Translations under genes and position numbers: made by a program | The notes under the pieces: generated by a model | Told to the model about the DNA's origin: nothing | Seen by the model: the letters and a program-made list of their open reading frames with translations, nothing else | Databases searched by the model: none | Shown: piece by piece, positions 1 through 8,827 of the stretch | Layout of the letters: each line of letters begins with the position of its first letter | How positions within the stretch are numbered: position 1 is the stretch's first letter | Source: Luminiphilus sp. | Lineage (GTDB): Bacteria; Pseudomonadota; Gammaproteobacteria; Pseudomonadales; Halieaceae | Length of the DNA: 64,000 nt | Direction: 5' to 3' | Assembly: GCA_965656065.1 (NCBI GenBank) | Contig: CBFHIW010000003.1 | Span: 23,035 to 87,034, forward strand

Positions 1-1091
1 CCATTATTCAGCAACTGAAATCGGTTCCCTATCTCTCGCAGATTGTGATTGGCCTCGATCGGGCGACCCGGGATGAGTATCAGCACGCGCTCAGTTTCTT
101 TGCCGATCTGCCGCAGCACCATCGCGTCCTGTGGAACGACGGCCCCCGCTTAAAAGCCCTTGACGCGCGGCTGCAGGAGGCGGGTCTTGCGCCACAGGAA
201 CTCGGCAAGGGGCGGAACGTCTGGTACTGCATGGGCTATGCATTGGCCACCGGCCGGGCGGAGGCGATCGCACTGCACGACTGCGACATCCTGACCTACG
301 ACCGCAGCTTGCTGGCGCGGCTGATTTATCCGGTCGCGCATCCCCTGTTTGGTTACGAGTTCTGCAAGGGCTACTACCCTCGGGTCTCCGAAAACAAAAT
401 CAACGGCAGGGTCTGCAGGTTGTTGGTCACGCCGATGATTAGAGCGCTGAAGCGCATCGTCGGCGAGTCGCCGTACCTCAATTATCTGGACAGCTACCGG
501 TACATCCTCGCGGGTGAGTTTGCGTTCCGTAAACGCCTGCTCGGTGATTTGAGAATTCCTACCGACTGGGGTTTGGAGATTGGTGTGGTCTCGGAGGTCT
601 ACCGCAGTAACAGCAACAAGCAGATCTGCCAGGTCGACATCGCCGACAACTACGACCACAAGCATCAGGATCTGTCGTTGGATGATCAGAACGCCGGCCT
701 GTCGCGCATGTCACTCGATATCGCGCGATCGCTTTATCGCAAGCTCGCGATTCAAGGCACGGTGTTCAATCAGGAAACGTTCCGGACATTAAAAGCCACC
801 TACTATCGGATGGCGCTTGATTTGATCGAGACGTACCGCAACGACGCGATCATGAATGGCCTGAGTTTTGATATTCATAGAGAAGAGGAGTCGGTCGAGC
901 TGTTCGCCGAGAATATTCTCGAGGCAGGCGTGCAGTTTTTGGAGCGCACCTCAGAGGCGCCCTTTATTCCCACGTGGAACCGGGTGTTCAGTGCCATGCC
1001 CGACATCTTTGACGAATTGATCGCCGCGGTAGAAGCCGATCACGAGGAATTCTCTACCACGACTGCGTTGCCGAAAGTCGCCCGGGGATGA
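1..1091 (+). CDS. Glycosyltransferase, glucosyl-3-phosphoglycerate-synthase-like (5' end outside window)
   Basis: The frame is open from nt 3 (IIQQLKSVPYLSQIVIGLDRA...), so the track start at 45 is not the true start. It has GKGRNVWY and ALHDCDI (DxD-type) motifs typical of GpgS/MpgS-like nucleotide-sugar transferases. Its stop overlaps the next start (ATGA at 1088). Confidence 0.6.
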   Translation, partial: IIQQLKSVPYLSQIVIGLDRATRDEYQHALSFFADLPQHHRVLWNDGPRLKALDARLQEAGLAPQELGKGRNVWYCMGYALATGRAEAIALHDCDILTYDRSLLARLIYPVAHPLFGYEFCKGYYPRVSENKINGRVCRLLVTPMIRALKRIVGESPYLNYLDSYRYILAGEFAFRKRLLGDLRIPTDWGLEIGVVSEVYRSNSNKQICQVDIADNYDHKHQDLSLDDQNAGLSRMSLDIARSLYRKLAIQGTVFNQETFRTLKATYYRMALDLIETYRNDAIMNGLSFDIHREEESVELFAENILEAGVQFLERTSEAPFIPTWNRVFSAMPDIFDELIAAVEADHEEFSTTTALPKVARG

Positions 1092-2824
1092 TCAGCACGC
1101 TATCCCAGCGGCTGCGGGGGCACCTCGCCGCGGTCTACGGCGATGTCTTCTCAGAGGGTGCGCTGAACGGTTGGGTTGACCGGCTACTCGACGCCGCGCA
1201 GTTGAATGCCGCGCAAGCGCCGCCACCGGCACACCGGAACCTGTGGGACGAAACCGATGTGGCGGTGATCACCTATGGCGACTCACTACTCAATGGTGAT
1301 GAGACGCCCCTCAAGACCCTCCATGGCTTTTTGACACAGCGGCTGGGCGCATTGGTGAGCTGGGTGCACGTGCTGCCCTTCCACCCCTGGACCTCGGATG
1401 ACGGCTTTGCGGTGCTCGATTACTCGAGCGTTAACGAAGCGCTCGGCACGTGGTCGGACATCACCCGGTTGGGTGTCGACTATCGGCTGATGGCGGACCT
1501 CGTGGTCAACCACTGCTCGAGTCGGTCGGCCTGGTTTGAGAACTTTCGTAAGGGTGAGGCCCCTGGCGACGATTACTTCTTCGCCCCGGATGAGACCTTC
1601 GATACCAGCCATGTAGTCAGGCCCCGGACCTCGCCGCTCCTGAACGTTGTGGCTACCGAGCAGGGCGAGCGGGCCGTGTGGTGCACCTTCAGTCCCGATC
1701 AGGTGGACTTTAACTTCGCGAACCCGGCGGTGGTCGTGGAGTTCGTCAGCATCATTCGCGAGTTACTCGATGCCGGCGTGCGGGTGTTCAGGCTCGATGC
1801 CGTGGCGTTTCTGTGGAAGGAGAGCGGCACCACCTGCATGAATCTGCCCCAGACGCACGAACTGATCAGACTGTTTCGCCTGATCATCGAGTGCGCGCAA
1901 CCCGACGCGATTGTCATTACCGAGACCAACGTGCCCAACCGCGAGAACCTGTCTTATTTTGGCAATGCCAATGAGGCGCACGGCATTTACAACTTCTCCC
2001 TGCCGCCGCTGTTGGTGCACGCGCTGGTCACCGGCACCAGTCGCTACCTGTCGACCTGGATGATGAGCATGCCGACGGCACAGGACGGCACCATCTACTT
2101 CAACTTCATCGCCTCTCACGACGGCATTGGGCTGCGCCCGGTGGAAGGCCTGCTGGAGCAGGCCGAGGTCGATGAGCTTTTGGCCACCATGGAGCAGTTC
2201 GGGGGTCGTGTTTCGTGGCGGCAGGCCGCCGACAGTGAAGCGAAACCCTATGAGATCAACATTGCGCTGCGAGACGCGCTCCAGGGCACCACCCGCGGCA
2301 AGGACGAGTGGGGGCTCGAGCGCTTCCTGTGTGCGCACGCCATCATGCTGGGGCTCGAGGGTGTGCCCGCTTTTTATATCCACTCCCTGCTGGGTACCCG
2401 TAATGACCTCGAGCGTCTGGCGCACACCAGCCATAACCGGTCGATCAACCGACACCAGTGGGAGCTGAGCGCGTTGTCGAGCGCGCTGGATTGCAACGCG
2501 TCGGACCATCACGCCGTCTTTGAGGCGCTGAAGCACCTCATTGCCCTGCGTAAGGCGCAGCCGGCATTCCACCCCAACGCAACCCAATTCACCCTGCACT
2601 TGGGTGATGAACTGTTTGGGTTCTGGCGGCAGTCGCTCGATCGGCGTCAGAGTCTGTTCTGTGTGCACAACCTCACCCATGAAGAGCAGGTCCTGCCGCT
2701 GAGCCGCCTGAACCTCGTGGTCAATCACCGTTGGCGGGAACTCATCTCCGGGGCGCCCGTCGAGGAAGGATTACCCGAGTGGACCCTGGCCCCCTACCAG
2801 ACGCTCTGGATCACCAACGCCTGA
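1088..2824 (+). CDS. GH13_18 sucrose-phosphorylase-family glycoside phosphorylase (glucosylglycerate/glucosylglycerol phosphorylase candidate)
   Basis: 578 aa. It carries FRLDAVAFLWKE (nucleophile Asp region), ITETNVP (acid/base Glu) and IASHDGIGL, the sucrose-phosphorylase-type GH13 catalytic motifs. It is translationally coupled to the upstream glycosyltransferase. Confidence 0.8.
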   Translation: MISTLSQRLRGHLAAVYGDVFSEGALNGWVDRLLDAAQLNAAQAPPPAHRNLWDETDVAVITYGDSLLNGDETPLKTLHGFLTQRLGALVSWVHVLPFHPWTSDDGFAVLDYSSVNEALGTWSDITRLGVDYRLMADLVVNHCSSRSAWFENFRKGEAPGDDYFFAPDETFDTSHVVRPRTSPLLNVVATEQGERAVWCTFSPDQVDFNFANPAVVVEFVSIIRELLDAGVRVFRLDAVAFLWKESGTTCMNLPQTHELIRLFRLIIECAQPDAIVITETNVPNRENLSYFGNANEAHGIYNFSLPPLLVHALVTGTSRYLSTWMMSMPTAQDGTIYFNFIASHDGIGLRPVEGLLEQAEVDELLATMEQFGGRVSWRQAADSEAKPYEINIALRDALQGTTRGKDEWGLERFLCAHAIMLGLEGVPAFYIHSLLGTRNDLERLAHTSHNRSINRHQWELSALSSALDCNASDHHAVFEALKHLIALRKAQPAFHPNATQFTLHLGDELFGFWRQSLDRRQSLFCVHNLTHEEQVLPLSRLNLVVNHRWRELISGAPVEEGLPEWTLAPYQTLWITNA

Positions 2825-2870
2825 TATCCACCGCTTGAATCGCTCACGCTAACCGTGTCAGCCTGTTCCC

Positions 2871-4232
2871 ATGAACAGGATGCTCATTCAACTTGTGCGC
2901 ACCGCGCTGAATCAGGCGATGGCTGCGGCGTTGCTGGCCGTCGCGCTAGTGTCTCCCGTCTGGGCGTGGTCTGACCACGCGAGCCTCGTCTGGCCCTTGC
3001 TCAGGAGTCAGCCTGAGCTCGTTCAGCAGACCGTAGCGGCCGAGCCGCTCGGCGCTTTTTTGGCCGCTGAGCAAGCGCGCCTCGCCGAGACCCTTGAGGC
3101 CGTCGAGTCGTGGTCTGTTGCGGCCATGGAGCACTACCCGCCGACCCCGGAGGATTTGCGCTGGGGGACGGATCATCCGCCCACCGCTGAGCGCTTTTTC
3201 GCAGCGATCAGGGTCAATCCGATGCTGCCTTATCGCCTTTATGTGGATCTTTCCCCTGAGCGTGCCCAGCCGGAGCAAGCGCCGTTGGCCTGGTCCGAGC
3301 TGAGTTTTTTAGGGGGCGGCACCTCCCAGCTGGCCGCGCGCTATTGGGCAGTCGAGCCCGGAGAACCTGTATCGATCGCGGAGGTGATTGCCAGTGCCAA
3401 CGATGAGCCCGACTTCGGGATGGACATTGGGCTTTTTGCGGATAACGGTACCGACTTCGGTCAGCGCTATGGTTTTGGTATCCAGCCCTTCGGGAACCCC
3501 AATCTTGATTACAGCTCCCAGGCGCCGTTTCACATGGGGTTTTATCACCTCGACTGGCTGACACGGACGGCGCAGCCTTCGCTGCTGCGGACTTACCCCC
3601 TGTGGCGGATCGCACTGTTCGGCGAGCTGGCCGAGCTCGCGTTTAGCACCGGGCATGACTATTGGGGGTGGCGCTTTCTCGGCTGGGGCCTGCACTACGT
3701 CGGTGATCTCACCCAGCCCTACCATGCGATACCGCTGCCCGGTGTCGGCACCGTCGACGCGTTGTGGTCGGTGGTGCAGGGCAAGACCGGAGAGCTGGTG
3801 CAGTTGGTCTCCAACCGCCACGGCGTGATCGAGTCCTACCAGTACCAGCGGCTGACCCGTGCGCTGGAGGCCCGACAGTGGTCAGCGCCACTGCTGAAAG
3901 CGATATCCGATCACCCGAATACCACTGACGTCGAATACGAGTCCTTTGTCATGGCATTGACTGCGGACTCAGTGGAGGCGGCGGCCGACTTCGACGCGGC
4001 CATTGAGCGCAATGTGCCATCTCGCTTTGTCAGCGACCCCGACTTTGAGTGGACAGGGTCAGGCTTTGAGCAATCGATCGTGCAACGGGTAGCCGATGAG
4101 CAGGGCGAGCCCGCCATTGCGGAACTCGACGCCGCGGTGATCTTGCAGCTCGCGCGCTTCTCGGCGGTGGCCAGCCGCTGGATTGCCCGTGGCCGGGTGG
4201 CGGCGCCTCCCTCGCACGGGGAAAGCCCATGA
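2871..4232 (+). CDS. Secreted zinc-dependent phospholipase C / S1-P1 nuclease superfamily-like protein (divergent, enlarged)
   Basis: The signal peptide ends ...SPVWA|WSDH, giving a mature N-terminal Trp as in PLC/P1 nucleases. HYVGDLTQPYH has the same H-x3-D-x5-H spacing as the Bacillus/Clostridium PLC zinc site (HYLGDVNQPMH), and a later HGVIE (H-x3-E) is also present. At 453 aa it is much longer than classical members. Confidence 0.5.
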   Translation: MNRMLIQLVRTALNQAMAAALLAVALVSPVWAWSDHASLVWPLLRSQPELVQQTVAAEPLGAFLAAEQARLAETLEAVESWSVAAMEHYPPTPEDLRWGTDHPPTAERFFAAIRVNPMLPYRLYVDLSPERAQPEQAPLAWSELSFLGGGTSQLAARYWAVEPGEPVSIAEVIASANDEPDFGMDIGLFADNGTDFGQRYGFGIQPFGNPNLDYSSQAPFHMGFYHLDWLTRTAQPSLLRTYPLWRIALFGELAELAFSTGHDYWGWRFLGWGLHYVGDLTQPYHAIPLPGVGTVDALWSVVQGKTGELVQLVSNRHGVIESYQYQRLTRALEARQWSAPLLKAISDHPNTTDVEYESFVMALTADSVEAAADFDAAIERNVPSRFVSDPDFEWTGSGFEQSIVQRVADEQGEPAIAELDAAVILQLARFSAVASRWIARGRVAAPPSHGESP

Positions 4233-4268
4233 CGACTGAGCCGTCGCCGCGCGCACTGGAGCCTGTAG

Positions 4269-4706
4269 ATGTCTGACCCGTTCGAGCTTGACCCGCGATT
4301 GGCGGCCGACACCTTTGTAGTGGGCGAGACGCCACTCAGTCAGGTGTTGCTGATGAACGACGCGCGCTACCCCTGGCTGATTCTGGTGCCCCGGCGGGTC
4401 GACGTCACCGAGCCTTTTGAGCTCAGCGAGGCCGATCAGGCGCAGCTGTGGCAGGAGTCGATGCGGCTCGGCCAGGCGATGAAAGCGCACTTCGCTGCCG
4501 ACAAACTCAACATTGCCGCCCTCGGTAACCAGGTGGCGCAGCTGCACGTGCACCACATCGCGCGATTTCACACGGATGATGCGTGGCCCGGTCCGGTATG
4601 GGGTGTCGGCAGCGCAGTCCCTTATAGCGACGCCGCCCGCGATGCGCTCATTGGCGAACTGCGCAGTCTGCTCCGGGAGCCACTGGACCTGACGGAGGCA
4701 ACCTAG
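4269..4706 (+). CDS. HIT-family (histidine triad) protein
   Basis: 145 aa with the histidine triad QLHVHHIAR near the C-terminal third. Confidence 0.8.
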   Translation: MSDPFELDPRLAADTFVVGETPLSQVLLMNDARYPWLILVPRRVDVTEPFELSEADQAQLWQESMRLGQAMKAHFAADKLNIAALGNQVAQLHVHHIARFHTDDAWPGPVWGVGSAVPYSDAARDALIGELRSLLREPLDLTEAT

Positions 4707-4708
4707 GC

Positions 4709-5200
4709 ATGAGCGTTAGCGTGCTGTTTGTCTGTATGGGGAATATATGCCGGTCTCCGACCGCCCACGCCTTGTTTCGCGAGGCAGTCACCGCAGCGGG
4801 GTTAGACGACGAGATCACGACAGATTCAGCCGGCACCCATGCCTACCACATCGGCAATCCGCCCGATGCCCGGGCGACCGCCACGGCGCTTGCGCGGGAT
4901 ATTGATATGACAGACCTGCGCGCGCGGCAGGTCTGCGGGGCAGATTTCGAGCAGTTTGATTACGTCGCGGCGATGGACCGAGACAACCTGCGTTTGCTGG
5001 AGGCGGACTGCCCCCCGTCGTGCCAAGACCGACTGAGCCTGATGCTCGACTGGGCGGAGGGCTGGGGCGATGAAGTGCCCGACCCTTACTATGGCGGCGA
5101 CGAGGGGTTTGTCGCGGTGTTCGATATGTTGACCGAGGCGTCGCAGGGTTTGCTGGCGCACATCGTATCCGCCCATGGTCTGGCGTCGCGGCGCCCCTGA
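4709..5200 (+). CDS. Low-molecular-weight protein-tyrosine phosphatase
   Basis: N-terminal P-loop VLFVCMGNICRSP (CX5R(S/T)) and a DPYYG Asp loop. It starts 2 nt after the HIT stop. Confidence 0.85.
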   Translation: MSVSVLFVCMGNICRSPTAHALFREAVTAAGLDDEITTDSAGTHAYHIGNPPDARATATALARDIDMTDLRARQVCGADFEQFDYVAAMDRDNLRLLEADCPPSCQDRLSLMLDWAEGWGDEVPDPYYGGDEGFVAVFDMLTEASQGLLAHIVSAHGLASRRP

Positions 5201-5248
5201 CCCGCTCACTCGATGAGCATTTCGCTCCAAGGTTTCTAGGGCTACCTT

Positions 5249-5686
5249 ATGAAATGTTTGCTGCAACGCGTTACCCAGGCATCGGTCACCGTGGCGGACG
5301 AGGTCGTGGGCGAAATCGATCAAGGCCTTCTGGTGCTGGTGGGTGTTGAGCCCGAGGATGCCGAGCAAACGGTCACCCGCATGGCGGAGCGCCTGCTGCG
5401 CTACCGGGTTTTTGCCGACGCCGAGGGCAAAATGAACCTGAACGTTGCCCAAGTCCAAGGCTCCATTTTGCTGGTATCGCAATTTACGCTGGCCGCCGAT
5501 ACCACCAGTGGCAACCGGCCAGGCTTCTCGACCGCCGCGCCACCCGAGCAGGCATCCAATTTATGTGACCAGTTGGTAGACGCGTTGCGAAAAGGGGATG
5601 TCCAGGTCGAGACGGGCCGCTTTGGCGCAGACATGCAGGTAGCGCTGGTGAACGATGGTCCGGTGACGTTTCTGCTCGAGGTCTGA
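5249..5686 (+). CDS. dtd: D-aminoacyl-tRNA deacylase
   Basis: 145 aa with MKCLLQRV...GLLVLVGV...SQFTL...NDGPVT, the canonical Dtd pattern and length. Confidence 0.9.
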   Translation: MKCLLQRVTQASVTVADEVVGEIDQGLLVLVGVEPEDAEQTVTRMAERLLRYRVFADAEGKMNLNVAQVQGSILLVSQFTLAADTTSGNRPGFSTAAPPEQASNLCDQLVDALRKGDVQVETGRFGADMQVALVNDGPVTFLLEV

Positions 5687-5728
5687 CTGCTGGGGCTTTG
5701 ATCGCCGGTTGACCTCCGGCGAAGGTTG

Positions 5729-6964
5729 TCAGATGTGTAATACCACCGGCAGTGATGAATAACCCCGGACGAAGTTCGACAGTACCCGCTCGGGTTGGCC
5801 GACCACCTCCACGTGAGAGAAGCGCTTGAGGATTTCCTCCCACAGGATGCGCAGCTGCATTTCACCGAGCCGATTGCCCATGCACCGATGAATACCGAAA
5901 CCAAAGGAAAGGTGGTAACGGGGGTTCTTGCGGTCAATGATGAACGCGTCGGGGTGCTCAATCGCGGTCTCGTCGTGATTGCCCGATAGGTACCACATCA
6001 CTACCTTGTCGCCTTGCCGAATTGTTTTGCCGCCGAGTTCGACGTCTCGCGTGGCGATGCGACGCATGTGCATGAGCGGCGTCTGCCAGCGGATCACCTC
6101 GGACACCATGCTTGGGATCAGCGAGGGATCCGCTTTGAGCTTGGCGTATTCATCCGGGTTTTGATTGAGCGCCAGCACGCCACCGGTGATCGAATTGCGG
6201 GTGGTGTCGTTGCCCCCCACGATCAGTAGCACCAGGTTGCCCAAGTACTCCAGCGGGTCGTCCACCATCTCCCGCGTTTTGGGGTTGGTGGCCAACAGGC
6301 TGATCAGGTCCATGGTGTCAGGCGGGTTATTTTTGCGCTGGTGCCACAACTCGGTGAAGTAGGCCAGGCACTCGTGCAAGGCGGCGGTGCGCTCGTCCAC
6401 ATCGCCATCACTTCCCGCGATCTCGGGTAGGGAGGTCGCCATGTCTGACCAGTAGGGCAGCTTGTGGCGATCTTCAAAAGGAAAGTCAAAGATCGTGGCC
6501 AGCATTTGTGTCGTGAGGTTGATCGAGACTTTCTCAACCCAGTTGAACGACTCGCCAACGGGGAGGCCGTCCAGAATATCGCTGACACGTTGTCGAATCA
6601 GCGCTTCCATATCAGCTAGATTGCGCGGCGCCACCACACCCTGTACGGCGGCGCGTTGCACGTCGTGAATCGGTGGGTCCATGGCAATGAATTGTCTGAC
6701 CGGCAGGTCATCACCGTAGTCACCAATGGTGATCGCGGGCTCTGAAGAGAAGGCCTCATGGTTGCCGTCGACCGCGGTGATGTCCTCAAAGCGGGTCACC
6801 GACCAAAAGCCGCCGAACACGTCGTTCTCGCTCCAGTGCACCGGATCCTCAGCCCGCAGTCGTGCAAAGTAGGGCCGCCACGCATCCTGTTGGTACAGCG
6901 TGGCGTCGCTGACATCGATCGCTTCAATGGGGAGGGTGCTGGCATCTTTCAGTGGTGCATTCAT
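5729..6964 (-). CDS. Cytochrome P450, CYP153-family-like
   Basis: Heme loop FGFGIHRCMGNRLGE, I-helix LLIVGGNDTTRN and FIAMDPPIHD. These are the blocks I recall as CYP153 signatures (the targets of CYP153 degenerate primers). The N-terminus (IDVSD..LYQQD...DPVHW...FWSVTRFEDI) also resembles CYP153A. Confidence 0.8.
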   Translation of the reverse strand: MNAPLKDASTLPIEAIDVSDATLYQQDAWRPYFARLRAEDPVHWSENDVFGGFWSVTRFEDITAVDGNHEAFSSEPAITIGDYGDDLPVRQFIAMDPPIHDVQRAAVQGVVAPRNLADMEALIRQRVSDILDGLPVGESFNWVEKVSINLTTQMLATIFDFPFEDRHKLPYWSDMATSLPEIAGSDGDVDERTAALHECLAYFTELWHQRKNNPPDTMDLISLLATNPKTREMVDDPLEYLGNLVLLIVGGNDTTRNSITGGVLALNQNPDEYAKLKADPSLIPSMVSEVIRWQTPLMHMRRIATRDVELGGKTIRQGDKVVMWYLSGNHDETAIEHPDAFIIDRKNPRYHLSFGFGIHRCMGNRLGEMQLRILWEEILKRFSHVEVVGQPERVLSNFVRGYSSLPVVLHI

Positions 6965-7043
6965 GGTGCGTTCTTCTCGTTATGGTTTTTTAAGCTCAGG
7001 TGTGCCGGCTGACCTCGGGTAATGGCACTGATCAGTGTGAGGT

Positions 7044-7074
7044 GTCGATGCTACAGCGCCATGATCAGCATCGA
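7044..7074. promoter_or_regulatory. Inverted repeat TCGATGCT-N15-AGCATCGA between the serine-hydrolase stop and the P450 start
   Basis: 8-bp perfect arms read directly from the sequence, flanked by two TGATCA sites. No T-run follows on the minus strand, so it could be an operator or a weak terminator. Confidence 0.3.
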
Positions 7075-7114
7075 TACATCCGTTTACGAGCAGATGGGCC
7101 GCTCTCCTCGGTAA

Positions 7115-8281
7115 TTACTCTGCCACTGCATCAAATGCTGATTGCAACAGCGGGATAATGTCTCGTCGGACCAGTCTGGCGGGCGCGTCCGCATCGATCC
7201 GCGTGTAGTCATCGATGGCAACATAGCCACCAAAGCCCCGTTCTACATCCAGGAAGCTCACAGAGCCGAAGGCGCCGGGATCATCGTAGACCCCCGGGTT
7301 ATCGGTATCGATCCACCACCCCATGCCGTAAGGGACCGGGTCTTCTGCCACCACACCGCCTCGATCTACCCGCATCTCAGCCAGCGCCGCCTCACTGAGG
7401 ACCTGAGTCTCGCCACAGTAGCCGCCGTTCAGGTGCACCTGAAGCAGCTTTGCGTAGTCAGCAAGATTGGTGATGGCGCCCCCTTCGATATTGGGATTGG
7501 ACTGTCCAAGTAAACTGTCTGGTGTGCCGTCCCACAGAAACAGGTTTTCCCACATATTGCCAAAGGTGAACACCTCAAGCTCGCAGGGTGTCGCCAGATA
7601 CTGATCCACCAGCTGGTTCCACGTCGCGTTTGCCGACACGGCCGCTGTCACCCCGGCCAGCTGCCACTGGCTGCCGCCGTAATCGAAGATGCTGCCCGCG
7701 TCATGGCTATCCGGCAGCGGCACACTGAGTAGGATCTGCCCACAGGCCTCGAACTCGATGGATTCCTCAAAGCTGAACTGACAGAGGTGCGGCCCATAAA
7801 GCCCCAGCTGTCGCAAGCCAGGGATACCCGAGGTGTTGCTGACCAGCTGCGCCGGCGTGCGATCGGCATACACCCCATTAAAGGGCAGCACCTCGCCGAT
7901 CGGCTGGCTCATGCTGAAGGTGGAGGCGGGATCTTCCTCGAGCGCCATCAGGGTCATGACCGCGGGCACCTTGCTAGTGGAGGCGAGCATCACCACGGTA
8001 TCTTCGGTGTGATCGCCGAAGGTGCCGGTATGAAGTGTGCCTCCTGCATCGACCACCACATAACTGATGCCATTAAAGACAAGGCTCTCGTCGATAAATG
8101 ATTGAAACGCGGCGTCCACCTCGCTGAAATCGGGAGTTACAGGCGGTGGCGGCGCGCCTCCGCCACCCTGATCGGGCGGCGCGGGACTGCTACCGGAGCC
8201 CCCGCCGCCGCAGGCCGCCATCAAGGTCAGTATTGAAACAGCCAGGATGTGGCGCGGCACGAGATCAGAAAAAAAGCGCAT
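7115..8281 (-). CDS. Serine hydrolase / beta-lactamase-family lipoprotein
   Basis: Lipobox LTLMAAC followed by a Gly/Ser/Pro linker. It has the S-x-x-K active-site motif (ASTSKV) and a length typical of the class C beta-lactamase/esterase fold. Confidence 0.7.
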   Translation of the reverse strand: MRFFSDLVPRHILAVSILTLMAACGGGGSGSSPAPPDQGGGGAPPPPVTPDFSEVDAAFQSFIDESLVFNGISYVVVDAGGTLHTGTFGDHTEDTVVMLASTSKVPAVMTLMALEEDPASTFSMSQPIGEVLPFNGVYADRTPAQLVSNTSGIPGLRQLGLYGPHLCQFSFEESIEFEACGQILLSVPLPDSHDAGSIFDYGGSQWQLAGVTAAVSANATWNQLVDQYLATPCELEVFTFGNMWENLFLWDGTPDSLLGQSNPNIEGGAITNLADYAKLLQVHLNGGYCGETQVLSEAALAEMRVDRGGVVAEDPVPYGMGWWIDTDNPGVYDDPGAFGSVSFLDVERGFGGYVAIDDYTRIDADAPARLVRRDIIPLLQSAFDAVAE

Positions 8282-8476
8282 AGGACACTCACGATGGAGG
8301 GGTCTAGATCGTCCTCTATTCGCGGTTCGAGCTCAACATGCCCTGCACCGACGGCGTAAACGTACTGTTGCAAAAATGATACGTTTTGACATTATTAGGG
8401 TTACAGTCGTTGCGTAACAGAACTCCGTATAGTGAGATCGAAGCACCTTGCTTCCCACCCAATATGGAGGTCCGTT

Positions 8477-8785
8477 ATGAAAATGGTTGGTTTATTAAAG
8501 CGTGGGGCGACGGTCATGGCCGCGTCTCTGGTGGCGTTTTCCGTTGAGGTTTCAGCGGACACCGCCGAACAATTAGCGATCTGCAAATCCGAGCTGAAGG
8601 CAATGTATGGCGAAGGTACGCGGGTCAGAATGTATGGCACCAAGTCGTATCGCGGTGTCGAGACACTGAAGCTGAAGGTGACCCCCGAGGGCGAGTCATC
8701 AGTGACGCTGCAGTGCTCGAGTGATACCGAGTCCGACCAGCGTGTGGTGCTCAAAGACAAAAATGGGGACACCCTGGTCTCTTAA
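8477..8785 (+). CDS. Small secreted hypothetical protein
   Basis: Trimmed to the ATG at 8477, 7 nt after GGAGG. Signal-peptide-like N-terminus MKMVGLLKRGATVMAASLVAFSVEVSA. I recognise no family. Local GC is lower than the surroundings (about 50% by hand count over 8401-8640). Confidence 0.45.
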   Translation: MKMVGLLKRGATVMAASLVAFSVEVSADTAEQLAICKSELKAMYGEGTRVRMYGTKSYRGVETLKLKVTPEGESSVTLQCSSDTESDQRVVLKDKNGDTLVS

Positions 8786-8827
8786 TTCAAGAGGCCAGCA
8801 GCGCCCTTCAACGGGGGAAATAACCCG

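Noticed and set aside
1959-1972. TTGGCAATGCCAAT, which contains both half-sites of the recurrent motif, and similar half-site hits such as 26487, 35041, 43481 (- strand, CGCCAATAG 33 nt before psiE), 44868 and 62504.
   Set aside because: The spacing is wrong or the second half-site is missing. Most of these hits are inside coding sequence, so I treat them as chance or half-site occurrences only. The psiE-proximal one is noted but not counted.
1763-2728. Long antisense ORFs in the track. Examples: 1763-2728 (321 aa), 14991-15707, 20817-21548, 26402-27346 (314 aa, spanning two genes) and 33693-34439.
   Set aside because: Each lies opposite a gene with clear family motifs. Their translations are Arg/Ala/Gly/Pro-rich and low in complexity, with no recognisable domains. 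These are typical shadow ORFs of about 60% GC DNA.
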